Source: an uncultured Pseudomonadota bacterium (lineage in GTDB: Bacteria; Oederibacteriota; Muellerivitia; Muellerivitales; Muellerivitaceae). Taken from it: DNA of 64,000 nucleotides. Under the pieces are notes generated by a model. It was not told the DNA's origin and searched no databases. It was given only the letters and a program-made list of their open reading frames with translations. Location: NCBI GenBank assembly GCA_963770835.1, contig CAVYRH010000011.1:64001-128000 (forward strand), written 5' to 3'. The position numbers were made by a program, and so were the translations under genes. This document shows positions 22,396 to 32,271 of the stretch, in pieces (position 1 is the first letter of the stretch; each line of letters starts with the position of its first letter).

Positions 22396-23385
22396 ATGGC
22401 GAAGATTTACTACGAGCAGGATGCGGATCTCAATGCGTTGAAGGGGAAGACCCTGGCCGTCTTGGGCTATGGGAACCAGGGCCGCAACCAGGCCCTTAAC
22501 CTCAAGGACTCGGGCATCAAGGTGATCATCGGGACGCGCTCCGAGAAAACCAAGGCCCAGGCCAAGGCGGACGGCTTTGAGGCTTTGGATTCCAAGGAAG
22601 CGGCGGCCAAGGCCGACATCATCCAGATCCTCATCCAGGACGACCTGCAAGGCGCCCTTTACCGCAACGACGTGCTGCCGTCCTTGAAGGCGGGCAAGGC
22701 CCTCATGTTCTCACACGGTTTCAACATCCATTTCGGCCAGATCGTGCCGCCCCCGGACGTGGACGTGTTCATGATCGCGCCCAAGGGGCCGGGCCACCTG
22801 GTGCGCACCACCTATGTGGAAGGAAAGGGCGTTCCGGCGCTCGTCGCCATCCACCAAAACGCCACGGGCAACGCCTTGAAGCTGGCCCTGGCCTACGGCA
22901 AGGCCATCGGCGCCACCCGCGCCGGGGTTTTGGAAACCACCTTTAAAGAAGAGACCGAAACCGACTTGTTCGGCGAGCAAGTGGTCCTTTGCGGCGGCTT
23001 GTCGGAATTGATCCGCTCGGGGTTTGAAACCCTGGTCACGGCCGGTTACCAGCCCGAAGTGGCTTATTTCGAGTGCCTGCACGAAGTGAAGCTCATCGTG
23101 GATTTGATCTACGAGAAGGGCATCACCGGCATGCGGGACGCCATTTCCACCACCGCCAAGTACGGGGATATCACCCGGGGACGGCGCATCATCAACGAAA
23201 ACACGCGCCACGAGATGCAGCGCATCCTGGCCGAGATCCAGTCCGGCTCCTTCGCGCGCGAGTTCGTGTTGGAAAACCAGGCCAACCGGCCCGTTTACAA
23301 CTCCATCCTGCGCAACGACGCCAACCACATGATCGAGAAGGTGGGAACGCAGGTGCGCAGCATGTTCAGCTGGATGAAAAAATAG
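22396..23385 (+). CDS. ilvC: Ketol-acid reductoisomerase
   Basis: [26 protein letters not shown]. Confidence 0.97.
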   Translation: MAKIYYEQDADLNALKGKTLAVLGYGNQGRNQALNLKDSGIKVIIGTRSEKTKAQAKADGFEALDSKEAAAKADIIQILIQDDLQGALYRNDVLPSLKAGKALMFSHGFNIHFGQIVPPPDVDVFMIAPKGPGHLVRTTYVEGKGVPALVAIHQNATGNALKLALAYGKAIGATRAGVLETTFKEETETDLFGEQVVLCGGLSELIRSGFETLVTAGYQPEVAYFECLHEVKLIVDLIYEKGITGMRDAISTTAKYGDITRGRRIINENTRHEMQRILAEIQSGSFAREFVLENQANRPVYNSILRNDANHMIEKVGTQVRSMFSWMKK

Positions 23386-23574
23386 AAGATTGAACCACAG
23401 AGGTCACGGAGGACACAGAGTGAGGCAAAAAGGAATCTAAAAAAGATTTTCTCTGTGAACTCTGTCCCACATAACCTATTTGAAATGTAAAAATGGAAAT
23501 GTGGGACTATACCACCCTCTTTAAAGTTTTATGAATGGGTGGCATGTGTACTCTGTGGTGAAAGAGGTGTTTTT

Positions 23575-24255
23575 TTGAAACTGCCGTTTATGCCGGAAAC
23601 CTGGGGCATGTTCCTGCCCACGCTGGCGGTGGGGTGGGGACTGCTCCTGGCCGGGAGCCATTGGGGAAACGGAATCCTGATCGTCCTTGGCGCGGCGGTG
23701 CTGGTCGTTTCGGCGCTGATCCTCAACTTTTTCCGGGATTTTGAGAGGCGGCCCGAAAGGGAACTGAAGCCAAAGGAAATCCTGGCTCCTGCGGACGGCA
23801 AGGTGGTGGTGTTGAAGAAGGCGGTGGAAAAGTTTTACCTCAAGAAGCCATCGGTCCACATCGCCATCTTCATGAACCCGCTGAACAACCACGTCCAACG
23901 GGCGCCTTACGACGGCAAGGTGGTCAAGAAGGTTTACCATCCCGGAAAGTTCCTGGCGGCCTATGACGACAAGGCCGACCTGGTGAACGAGCAGGCCCAC
24001 TTGGTGGTGGACCTGAGGACGCCCGGCAAAAAAGGGAAAAACGCCGGACGCATTGTTTTAAAACAAATTGCCGGCTTGTTATGCCGGAGGGTAAGGACGA
24101 CCCCGGACCAAGGGGATGTTATCGTCCGTGGCAAAAGAATCGGGCGCATCCTCCTGGGTTCGCGGGTGGATGTCTTCCTGCCGAAGGGCTTCAAACCGGC
24201 CGTGAAAATGGGCGACCAAGTCCGGGCAGGTGTAACGGTGCTGGGGGAACTTTAA
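23575..24255 (+). CDS. psd: Phosphatidylserine decarboxylase family protein
   Basis: FFRD; APADGKV; GSRVD autocleavage motif; start uncertain. Confidence 0.88.
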   Translation: MKLPFMPETWGMFLPTLAVGWGLLLAGSHWGNGILIVLGAAVLVVSALILNFFRDFERRPERELKPKEILAPADGKVVVLKKAVEKFYLKKPSVHIAIFMNPLNNHVQRAPYDGKVVKKVYHPGKFLAAYDDKADLVNEQAHLVVDLRTPGKKGKNAGRIVLKQIAGLLCRRVRTTPDQGDVIVRGKRIGRILLGSRVDVFLPKGFKPAVKMGDQVRAGVTVLGEL

Positions 24256-24367
24256 AGGCAGTTTTGAGTGTTGAGTTTTAAGTTTTGAGTTAAGGAAAGT
24301 TATTTGAACCGTCGGTTCAAATAACTTTTAGCGGCTTATGATTTCTATGTGAACAACGGAGAAGGCG

Positions 24368-25246
24368 ATGGCGGCGATAAGACCCAAAATGAAACCGATG
24401 GGGGCGGAGAAGCCTTTCAATTCCCGCCTGCGCAAATCCATCTTCCTGCTGCCCAACCTGCTCACCGCCTCCAACATGGTGCTGGGCCTGCTGGCCATCG
24501 TCTTCGCCATCAACGACTCGCTGGCGCTCAAGCTGGCGGGCGAAAACGTCATTCCCTTCGTGCTGCCGGCCAAGCTCATCATCATCGCGGCCTTCCTGGA
24601 CTTTACCGACGGCTTCGTGGCCAGGGCCACGGGCACGACCAGCAAGTTCGGCATGGAATTCGACAGCCTTTCCGACCTCATCAGCTTCGGCGTGGCGCCG
24701 GGGCTTCTGATCTACCTGTCGGTGCTGCGCAACATCCCCATCCTGGGAGCGGGGCTTTCCATCACGCTGTTTTACATCGTCTGCACGGCCATCCGGCTGG
24801 CCCGGTTCAACGTCCAGGCCCAAGTGGAGGAAAAGAGCCATTTCACGGGCCTGCCCAGCCCCGCCGCCGCGGGCCTCCTGGCCAGCTACGTGCTCTTCGC
24901 CCATTACGAGGGGTGGTATGAGAAGGCCATCATCGTAAATCCCGTCATGCACTGGTACGAGGAGAACGTCAACTGGTGGGAGCTGTACCTGATTCCCATC
25001 ATGACCGCGCTTATCGCAATCGTCATGGTTTCCACCATCAGCTACCCCAGCCTGAAGAAGCTGAGTTGGGAGACGGTCAAGCCCTGGACCTTCGCCTTCA
25101 TCATCCTGGGGGTGTTCTTCCTGATCTACTGCATGGAATTCTCCTCCTTCGCCTTGCTGACCTTTTACCTCTTGTGGGGCATCCTCCATGCCCTGACCAA
25201 AAAAAGTTTTGAAAAAATGAGACCTAAAAAAGCACCAGCAGCCTAA
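24368..25246 (+). CDS. pssA: CDP-diacylglycerol--serine O-phosphatidyltransferase
   Basis: LPNLLT; DGFVAR...FG.EFDSLSDLISFGVAP; RLARFN. Confidence 0.92.
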   Translation: MAAIRPKMKPMGAEKPFNSRLRKSIFLLPNLLTASNMVLGLLAIVFAINDSLALKLAGENVIPFVLPAKLIIIAAFLDFTDGFVARATGTTSKFGMEFDSLSDLISFGVAPGLLIYLSVLRNIPILGAGLSITLFYIVCTAIRLARFNVQAQVEEKSHFTGLPSPAAAGLLASYVLFAHYEGWYEKAIIVNPVMHWYEENVNWWELYLIPIMTALIAIVMVSTISYPSLKKLSWETVKPWTFAFIILGVFFLIYCMEFSSFALLTFYLLWGILHALTKKSFEKMRPKKAPAA

Positions 25247-25274
25247 CCCGGAGGTAATGTTGCGGTTTGCTTAG

Positions 25275-25430
25275 ATCACCCTCACCCCGTCCCATCTCCC
25301 TGACGGCGCTCATAGGGAAGCCCCCCTATGTACCCTCAAAACCGAGGCGTCAAGGGAGAGGGAGAAATCCTAGAAATGGACCGCATCCAATACCCTCGCC
25401 CCTTGCGGGAGAGGGTGGGGTGAGGGGTGA
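25275..25430. repeat. REP-like palindromic element (CCCTCACCCC.TCCC..TCTCCC...GGGAGAGGG)
   Basis: Outer inverted repeat TCACCC(C)TCACCCC / GGGGTGAGGGGTGA with inner hairpins. Confidence 0.65.
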
Positions 25431-25511
25431 CTTTGGGAAACTTTAAGATCAAATTACAATACAAACAAACTGAACCGCCCTTGACTGGGCACAAACATAA
25501 GGAGTCCAACC

Positions 25512-27098
25512 ATGAAAACCAAAAGCACCACTGACGATAAAAATGAACGGGTTTATATATTCGACACCACCCTGCGGGACGGGGAACAGGCCCCGGGAGC
25601 CAGCCTGAACACCGAGGAAAAGATGAAGGTGGCCGCCCAACTGGAAAAACTGGGCGTGGATATCATCGAGGCGGGCTTTCCCGCCGCCTCGCCCGGCGAC
25701 GCCGAGGCCGTGGAGAAGATCGCCAAGGCGCTCAAGAAAACCATCGTGGCCGCATTGTCCCGGGCCATCCGCAAGGATATCGACGCCTGCGCCAAGGCCC
25801 TGAAACCGGCCAAGCGCCCGCGCATCCATACCTTCATCTCCTCCTCGGACATCCACCTGAAGCACCTTTTCCGCAAGAGCCGCGAGGAGGCCCTGGCGGC
25901 GGTGGTGGACGCGGTCAAGTACGCCCGGCGCTTTTCCGACGACGTGGAGTTTTCCGCGCAGGATGCCTCCCGGTCGGATTTGGACTTCCTGTGCCGCATG
26001 GTCGAGGCGGCCATCAAGAGCGGCGCCAAGACGGTCAACGTGCCCGACACAGTGGGTTACGCCATCCCCACCGAATACGGCCATATGGTGGCCACCCTGA
26101 AGAACCGGGTGCCCAACATCAGCAAGGCCGTCATCTCCGTGCATTGCCACAACGACCTGGGGCTGGCGGTGGCCAACTCCCTCTCGGCGATCCGAAGCGG
26201 GGCGCGGCAGGTGGAATGCACCATCAACGGCATCGGGGAGCGGGCGGGCAACGCCAGCCTGGAGGAAATCGTCATGGTGCTCAAGACCCGGCACGACCTC
26301 TATCCCTACCAGACCGGCGTCGACACGACGGAAATCTACAAGACCAGCCGCCTGGTCTCGACCCTGACGGGCTTCATGATCCAGCCCAACAAGGCCATGG
26401 TGGGCAACAACGCTTTCGCCCATGAGAGCGGCATCCACCAGGACGGCATGCTCAAGTACCGCCAGAACTACGAGATCATGACGCCCCAGGAGATCGGGGT
26501 GCCGGAAAGCCGCCTGGTGCTGGGAAAGCACTCAGGCCGCCACGCCTTCAAGAAAAGGCTGGAAGACTTGGGATACAACCTCGCGCCGGAGGCCATTGAC
26601 GGGCTCTTCGCCAAGTTAAAGGACCTTGCGGACAAGAAAAAAAGCGTGTACGACGAGGACATCGAGGCCTTGATCGAGGAAAAGATCGCGGCTTCCAGCG
26701 AAATCTACCACTTGACCTACCTGCACACCTCGGCGGGCACCACCACCTTGCCCACGGCCACCCTGAGGCTTAAGAAAGGCGAGGCCGAGAGCGAGGAGGC
26801 CGCCACGGGTGACGGGCCGGTGGACGCGGTTTTCAACGCCATCGACCGGGCCACGGGCTTCAAGGGCAAGCTGGAGAACTATTCCTTGAAGGCCCTCACC
26901 CAGGGCAAGGACGCCCAGGGCGAAGTGACGGTGACCGTCGCCGTCAACGGCGACGAGGCCCACGGCCGGGGCGTTTCCACCGACGTCATCGAGGCCTCGG
27001 CGAAGGCCTACGTCAACGCCGTCAACAAGCTCATGTTGAAGCACAAGGCCAAGAGCGCCAAGGCGGCGTTTGATATACAGAAGGGCTTGAAGCTCTAA
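25512..27098 (+). CDS. leuA: 2-isopropylmalate synthase
   Basis: DTTLRDGEQ; HCHNDLG; HESGIHQDG. Confidence 0.97.
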   Translation: MKTKSTTDDKNERVYIFDTTLRDGEQAPGASLNTEEKMKVAAQLEKLGVDIIEAGFPAASPGDAEAVEKIAKALKKTIVAALSRAIRKDIDACAKALKPAKRPRIHTFISSSDIHLKHLFRKSREEALAAVVDAVKYARRFSDDVEFSAQDASRSDLDFLCRMVEAAIKSGAKTVNVPDTVGYAIPTEYGHMVATLKNRVPNISKAVISVHCHNDLGLAVANSLSAIRSGARQVECTINGIGERAGNASLEEIVMVLKTRHDLYPYQTGVDTTEIYKTSRLVSTLTGFMIQPNKAMVGNNAFAHESGIHQDGMLKYRQNYEIMTPQEIGVPESRLVLGKHSGRHAFKKRLEDLGYNLAPEAIDGLFAKLKDLADKKKSVYDEDIEALIEEKIAASSEIYHLTYLHTSAGTTTLPTATLRLKKGEAESEEAATGDGPVDAVFNAIDRATGFKGKLENYSLKALTQGKDAQGEVTVTVAVNGDEAHGRGVSTDVIEASAKAYVNAVNKLMLKHKAKSAKAAFDIQKGLKL

Positions 27099-27221
27099 AA
27101 ACGGTCATCCGGTCTCAGGTGCCAGTCAAAGCTGTCACCTGAGATTTTAGACCTAACCTTTCAATTAACCCCCCCAGGAAGAAAAATCTATAAGGTCACA
27201 AATTGTGACCTTAAAAAATGA

Positions 27222-27270
27222 AAAGAGCGCCAAGGCGGCGTTTGATATCCAGGTGGATTTGAAGCTTTAA
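27222..27270 (+). repeat. Short duplicate of the leuA 3' end
   Basis: AAGAGCGCCAAGGCGGCGTTTGATAT...TTGAAGCT-TAA matches 27051-27098. Confidence 0.9.
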
Positions 27271-27348
27271 GCGTATCTTTTAGTGTCACATGCGTGTCAA
27301 ACTCAGTTATGGCTCCTTTGCCAATGTAGGGGTTATAATTTACCCACT

Positions 27349-27654
27349 ATGAGCCCGATGATCACTTTGGACGAATTGGCCTTGGCCGACTTTTGCAAGA
27401 AACGCCATGTCCGAAAGCTTTCGCTTTTCGGGTCAGCGGTGCGTGCCGATTTCAAACCCGGTAGCGACCTCGACCTCTTGGTGGAGTTCGACCCGGGCCA
27501 CACTCCCGGTCTTGCCTTCTTCTCCCTGGCCGAAGAGCTTTCAGCCTTCTTTGGCCGCAAGGTGGATTTAAATACTTCCCGTTCCTTAAGCCCCTACTTC
27601 CGGGACCAGGCTCTTGCCGAGTCCGAAATCCTCTATGACTCGGCACGACCCTAA
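27349..27654 (+). CDS. Minimal nucleotidyltransferase (MNT) antitoxin
   Basis: LFGSAVRADFKPGSDLDLLVEF; GRKVDL. Confidence 0.9.
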   Translation: MSPMITLDELALADFCKKRHVRKLSLFGSAVRADFKPGSDLDLLVEFDPGHTPGLAFFSLAEELSAFFGRKVDLNTSRSLSPYFRDQALAESEILYDSARP

Positions 27655-27985
27655 AGTTTCATTCCTGCAAATGCGGGACACAGTCCAAGAAGTCGTTACC
27701 CTCACCCAGAAGAAAACCCACGACGATCTTCTCAAGGACCGTGTTTTGAACCTTGCCTTAACCCGCCTTTTGGAAGTCCTGGGCGAAGCCGCCACACGCG
27801 TTCCCGAAGAATTCCGCAAGAAATACCCCGGGCTTCCTTGGCAGCAGGTCATCGGGCTAAGAAACAGGCTTATCCACGCCTACGACCAGGTAGACCTCGA
27901 AATCCTTTGGGAAATTGTCTCGGAAGACCTACCACCTTTATCCAAGAATTTGGACCAAATTATTCAAAATTGGGGCGCGGAGTGA
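27635..27985 (+). CDS. HEPN (DUF86) toxin
   Basis: GEAA; PWQQVIGLRNRLIHAY (RX4H motif). Confidence 0.9.
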   Translation: MTRHDPKVSFLQMRDTVQEVVTLTQKKTHDDLLKDRVLNLALTRLLEVLGEAATRVPEEFRKKYPGLPWQQVIGLRNRLIHAYDQVDLEILWEIVSEDLPPLSKNLDQIIQNWGAE

Positions 27986-28148
27986 TAACCATCGCCAACC
28001 GCGACGAGGCCCACGGCCGGGGCGTTTCTACCGACGTCATCGAGGCCTCGGCGAAAGCTTACGTCAACGCGGTCAACAAGCTCATGTTGAAGCACAAGGC
28101 CAAGAGCGCCAAGGCGGCCTTTGATATCCAGAAGGGCTTAAGCTTTAG
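27982..28148 (+). repeat. Long duplicate of the leuA 3' end (~165 bp)
   Basis: Encodes DEAHGRGVSTDVIEASAKAYVNAVNKLMLKHKAKSAKAAFDIQKGL, as at 26951-27092. Confidence 0.95.
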
Positions 28149-28161
28149 TTTTAATTATGAG

Positions 28162-28196
28162 GCCAGGTGAAAAAATATTTTCACCTGGCTTTTTTA
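28162..28196 (+). terminator. Intrinsic terminator
   Basis: GCCAGGTGAAAA/TTTTCACCTGGC followed by a T tract. Confidence 0.8.
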
Positions 28197-28240
28197 CTTC
28201 TCGAAAATCTTTCCAAGCACATAATTGAATAGAGGAATGA

Positions 28241-29359
28241 ATGTTATTAGATCAAATCAAAAAAAATTTATGGTCCATATTAGGTGTTTTCCTCACAATT
28301 TTATTTGGCCTTAGTGGAATTTATTATTACTACAGAGATAAAAAACCTGAAATAACCCTTGAGATTCTGAATGATTCGAATGTTTTGGATGTTCATGAAT
28401 CGTTGAAAGACCTCACTGTTCTTTTTCAAGGGCAGAATATTCAAAAGAATAATTTAAATTTAAAAATGTTGCATGTGAGGATTATTAATTCTGGCGAGAC
28501 AACGATCTTGCAGGATGATTTCGATTCGAATATGGAATGGGGATTAAATATCAATGAAGGAAAGATTATTGAAGCGAGATTTTTGGATGATGAAAGTAAC
28601 TCGACTTATATAAAGGAAAATCTGAAACCCGTATTAATTAGAAGCAATTTTCTTAAATTTCAAAAGGTTATTTTGGAAAAGAAAAAGTATTTTTCTTTTA
28701 ATCTCTTAATACTGCATGAAAAAAATATCAAGGTAACGCCATTTCTATCTGGAAAAATCGCGGGAATAGAAAATTTTATAACATTAAATTCGTACAACAA
28801 TCAGCCTAATCATGAAAATATTATTTTAAAAATTGTTGGTGGGAATTTGTTTGTTCAATTAGCCCGTGTCTTTATTTATTTCTTTTTGGCATTTTTTCTT
28901 ATGATTGGAATTGCATTGGTGCTGGTTCTGTTTGATGAAAAAAAAGAAAAGAAACAAAAAGAAAAAAGAAAAGTTTTAATAGAAAAGTTGTTTCCGGTTG
29001 GCACTAGAGAAGATTTTAATTATTTTATGGACGCATATGTTGAGGATGGTTTTGGAGGACTCTCTGCTGTAAATAAAAACTTCTCTGAACCCAACAAACT
29101 ATATGAAGATTTTTCTGTTTATCTTTTAGACGTTCCCACGGAGAAGTACATAAAAAGAAAAATTCATAGTATGGTCGGAGGTCGGCCTGATAGTGAGCGA
29201 ATTGTCGATTATTATTTCTTGACCGGTAAAATTTTGAGTGAATTGAAGAAACTTAATGAAGCGAAAATGGAAAATGAAACTATAGTTATTGATCAAAAGC
29301 AAAAATCATTTCTTTTGGAAATGATTGAGGCCATTAAAAATAGTGGAGAAAATTGCTGA
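28241..29359 (+). CDS. Hypothetical AT-rich membrane-anchored protein
   Basis: 372-aa ORF, two TM regions, GAGGA RBS. Confidence 0.7.
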   Translation: MLLDQIKKNLWSILGVFLTILFGLSGIYYYYRDKKPEITLEILNDSNVLDVHESLKDLTVLFQGQNIQKNNLNLKMLHVRIINSGETTILQDDFDSNMEWGLNINEGKIIEARFLDDESNSTYIKENLKPVLIRSNFLKFQKVILEKKKYFSFNLLILHEKNIKVTPFLSGKIAGIENFITLNSYNNQPNHENIILKIVGGNLFVQLARVFIYFFLAFFLMIGIALVLVLFDEKKEKKQKEKRKVLIEKLFPVGTREDFNYFMDAYVEDGFGGLSAVNKNFSEPNKLYEDFSVYLLDVPTEKYIKRKIHSMVGGRPDSERIVDYYFLTGKILSELKKLNEAKMENETIVIDQKQKSFLLEMIEAIKNSGENC

Positions 29360-29371
29360 AAAGTTAAATGA

Positions 29372-29860
29372 AGCTCTCGTAAAGTTTTTCATTTAGATGG
29401 TTACAATTCCGGACCACAAGTCATCGAAGATAATGGGAAAGAAGAGATTGTCGATTTTAGAAATTCTTTTATTGATGCTTGTGAAGGTTGCCAGACGTGT
29501 TATGAAATCGCTTATCAATGGGACGGCAAAACGTTCATTCCTTCCAAGAGTTCTTTCGACGAATGTGTTGTTGAATATGATAAAAGTTACGACGACGAGA
29601 AGCACAAGGATGACCACATCAAAAAAGCTTTCGAACTGTTTAAGGAATATTTAAAAAACAATCCCAACAGTTTCGCTGCCGCTTATAACCTTTATGGATT
29701 AAGCCGGGATTTGGGTTTGAAAGATGAAGAAAAAAAGTATAAAGAATTGTCTTTGAAAATCGGTTTACAAAATCCGGAAGGGCCGCATTGGAATAGTCCT
29801 GATATGTCTTGGCAAAAGCAAAACCAATCAAGCCTTATCCAACAGTTATCGGAAGAATAA
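29372..29860 (+). pseudogene. 5'-truncated AT-rich gene remnant with a TPR-like helix
   Basis: 163-codon open frame lacking a start near its 5' end (…FELFKEYLKNNPNSFAAAYNLYG…QLSEE*). Confidence 0.55.
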
Positions 29861-29884
29861 AGTTTTGAAAAGGGTAAAAGCCTT

Positions 29885-29910
29885 GTCCACGACGGGGACC
29901 CATCGTGGAC
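29885..29910 (+). repeat. Palindromic array site 1 (intron-occupied)
   Basis: GTCCACGACGGGGACCCATCGTGGAC. Confidence 0.9.
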
Positions 29911-30463
29911 ATCGTGCCAGAGGAGGGTTTGCAGAGCCAGCAGGTGAGGGAGTAGGCCGATGAGGGTCAACCCAAGTCCTGACCAGGTAATCACCAGAGA
30001 GCCTGGAAGTCAGCCCCCGGCGTAGGATCGAGAGGTCCTGCCCGAAACGGGGTCATAAACCTCATTTAGTGAGGGAACAATCCAGCAGTCCGCAACATCA
30101 AGTGAATCCTGCCGCTTCGTGAATGGGACACCGAAAGGTGCAAGGGGATGCCGAGCCGCGTGTCTACTGGCGAAGGCCACGATCCCGCTGAAGAATCTGG
30201 TAGCAAGCGGGGCAAGTCCTCCGGAGTATGGGGAACGGAATGTTGGAAAGGCTATGCAAGCAAGCTGGGAGATCCTACCCGCCAAAAGACTTGCCGCTAT
30301 AAGGCTAAAACCGAAAAGAGGCAAGGGTGGGAGGAAGTCGGAGGGGGTCACAGTACCGATGAAGGGGTGGACAACAAAACCACCCTGAGGGAAGGACCCC
30401 TGCTTCAACCATGTGTCTCAAAGAAGGTAGGCGCTGGAGCATGCCCCAAAAGGGCCAACAACT

Positions 30464-31986
30464 GATATGAATGAGCCAGTCAAGCCCGCTGGTTTTTCCT
30501 TTGGTTTTATCCTACTCTTTTCCACCTCAAGGCCCTGCGAAAAGCCCTGATCTCGAAAGCCCGGCTTGTTTCGACGATGAATCAAACTGATATTCGCGTG
30601 TTAGACCCATTGCTGGTTCCAGGGACGCAAGATTTTCATTCGTCGGGAGCTGCCTCGATCTCTGATCGTGGGTCGTCGCAGGCTTAGGCCTTTGCGCCAC
30701 AGAGTTGTACCGAGGGTTCTCCAAATCGTTGCCAAGCTTCCGGAAACAGGGTTCTTCCTTCATGACCTTGTTAAACCATTCCTGTTGTTTCCTGGGCGAT
30801 GGCCCACACAAATCCAGCCAACTCCCGGGCTACGGCCACCACTACTTTTTGGATGGGCTTGTTACGTTGGGTCATTTTTAGAAACTTTTTGTACAGACGA
30901 TCCTGTGCTCTGCGGGCGATCTTTAAAATCTCCACCGGACAACCCTCCCGCCTTTTTTCTAAAACCACGCCGACCGACTTCCCATGGCGGTAACTCCAAG
31001 CCGATTCCACAAGAATCCGTCTCAAATGGGCGTTCCCGGTCTTGGTGATTCCTCCCCGACGGATTTTTCCACCTGAACTGCTTTCACATATCCCCAAACC
31101 CGCGTAACCCATGAAATTACGAGCGCTCTCAAATCGCCTCAAATCTTGGCCTTCCACCGCCAAGGTCATGGCGCTCAAGGTATCAACCCCTTTCAGGCAC
31201 CTCAAATGCTTGACCAGTTTCCTGTAGGGTTCTTGGCTGGCCATCTCCTCCACTCGGCTCGTCAAACTCCTCAACCGCTCATCTGCCTCTTGCTTCCCGC
31301 GGACATATGCCTCGAAAGTCTCATGCAGTTCCAGAGGTTCGAACTTTTGGGTTTTCAGCCATGCCTCATGGGCTGATCTCCAATTCTTAGCTTCTCGAAA
31401 GATACGACCTTGCCGAAGAAAGAAATTCGACAACCGGTGCCGGGCCTTTTGCCGGTCTTCTAGGGCATCCTCACGAACTCGAACCAGATCCCGACAGGCT
31501 TCCTCTTGGATGGTCGGAACCCGCACTTCCGTCAGCTCTCCCGCCCTCCAAAGACGGGCCAACTTTTCCGCATCTCGGCGGTCTGTCTTCACCCGATCCC
31601 CGGCTTTCACTGGAATTTTCCCAGGGGCGATTACGACGCACTTCAACCCCTTTTGGGTTAATTGCCGGTGGATGTCATATCCACAAGGGCCCGCCTCGTA
31701 CACAAACGTTATTGACCCTCGTCCTTCGTACTTACCCAGCATTTTCCCCAATGCTTTTGGGGTGTTCTCGATTGTAAAAATATCCTTCACATTTTCGGCC
31801 CTAGCCGGCAGGACCGCACCTACCACCGTATCCTTATGGACATCCAACCCGACCACCGTGATATTATTTTCCATGAGCCAGCCCTCCGTATGCGGATAGG
31901 CTCCCTCAAGGAGCAACCCGCGAATTAGGGCCCTTCAACAAGGCCCGTTTTATTTTACGCAGGCCGCTGGCTCATTCATGTTATCT
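30464..31986 (-). mobile_element. IS110-family element, IS1111-type
   Basis: 13-bp subterminal inverted repeats ATGAATGAGCCAG / CTGGCTCATTCAT; CT core at both ends; ends defined by comparison with the uninterrupted intron copies. Confidence 0.9.
30771..31874 (-). CDS. IS110 transposase (DEDD RuvC-like)
   Basis: VGLDVHK; YEAGPCG; KTDRRDA; SSGG...GITKTGN..LR. Confidence 0.93.
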   Translation of the reverse strand: MENNITVVGLDVHKDTVVGAVLPARAENVKDIFTIENTPKALGKMLGKYEGRGSITFVYEAGPCGYDIHRQLTQKGLKCVVIAPGKIPVKAGDRVKTDRRDAEKLARLWRAGELTEVRVPTIQEEACRDLVRVREDALEDRQKARHRLSNFFLRQGRIFREAKNWRSAHEAWLKTQKFEPLELHETFEAYVRGKQEADERLRSLTSRVEEMASQEPYRKLVKHLRCLKGVDTLSAMTLAVEGQDLRRFESARNFMGYAGLGICESSSGGKIRRGGITKTGNAHLRRILVESAWSYRHGKSVGVVLEKRREGCPVEILKIARRAQDRLYKKFLKMTQRNKPIQKVVVAVARELAGFVWAIAQETTGMV

Positions 31987-32271
31987 CTGTAGTACCAAAG
32001 CGCGAGGCCTTTGACAACAGGCACTATGCCGAGCGGCCAAGGGGGAAGTCGAACCTGTAAAGCCGCCGGAGGAGAGGTTGTCGGAAAGCCGTATGATCGA
32101 AAAGGTCACGTACGGTTTGACGAGGGGGCGCTGGAAACGAAGTGATGAGGGAACCTCGTTGGGGCACGGAACCGGAAACGGGGAAACAGATCAAGGAACC
32201 CTCTGCACACCATCGCGCCAGTGCTCTACTCTGCAAGGAAAATTGAAAACGGTTAAGCGCAAAGGAAGGGC

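Larger units (their letters stand above)
29911..32234 (+). mobile_element. ORF-less group II intron, copy 1 (801 nt once the IS is removed), interrupted by IS110
   Basis: Matches the copies at 45924 and 47633; domain V AAAGCCGTATGATCGAAAAGGTCACGTACGGTTT. Confidence 0.9.

Noticed and set aside
23575..25246. psd-pssA inside the ilv-leu operon as a novelty
   Set aside because: The ilvC-psd-pssA-leuA order is known from other bacteria.
19834..26531. Long antisense ORFs over ilv and leuA (likewise over otsA and recN)
   Set aside because: Shadow frames of GC-rich coding sequence overlapping well-identified genes.
26951..28148. leuA tail duplicate plus RT as a diversity-generating retroelement
   Set aside because: The differences are synonymous and not adenine-specific, and the RT is a YADD maturase embedded in a group II ribozyme.
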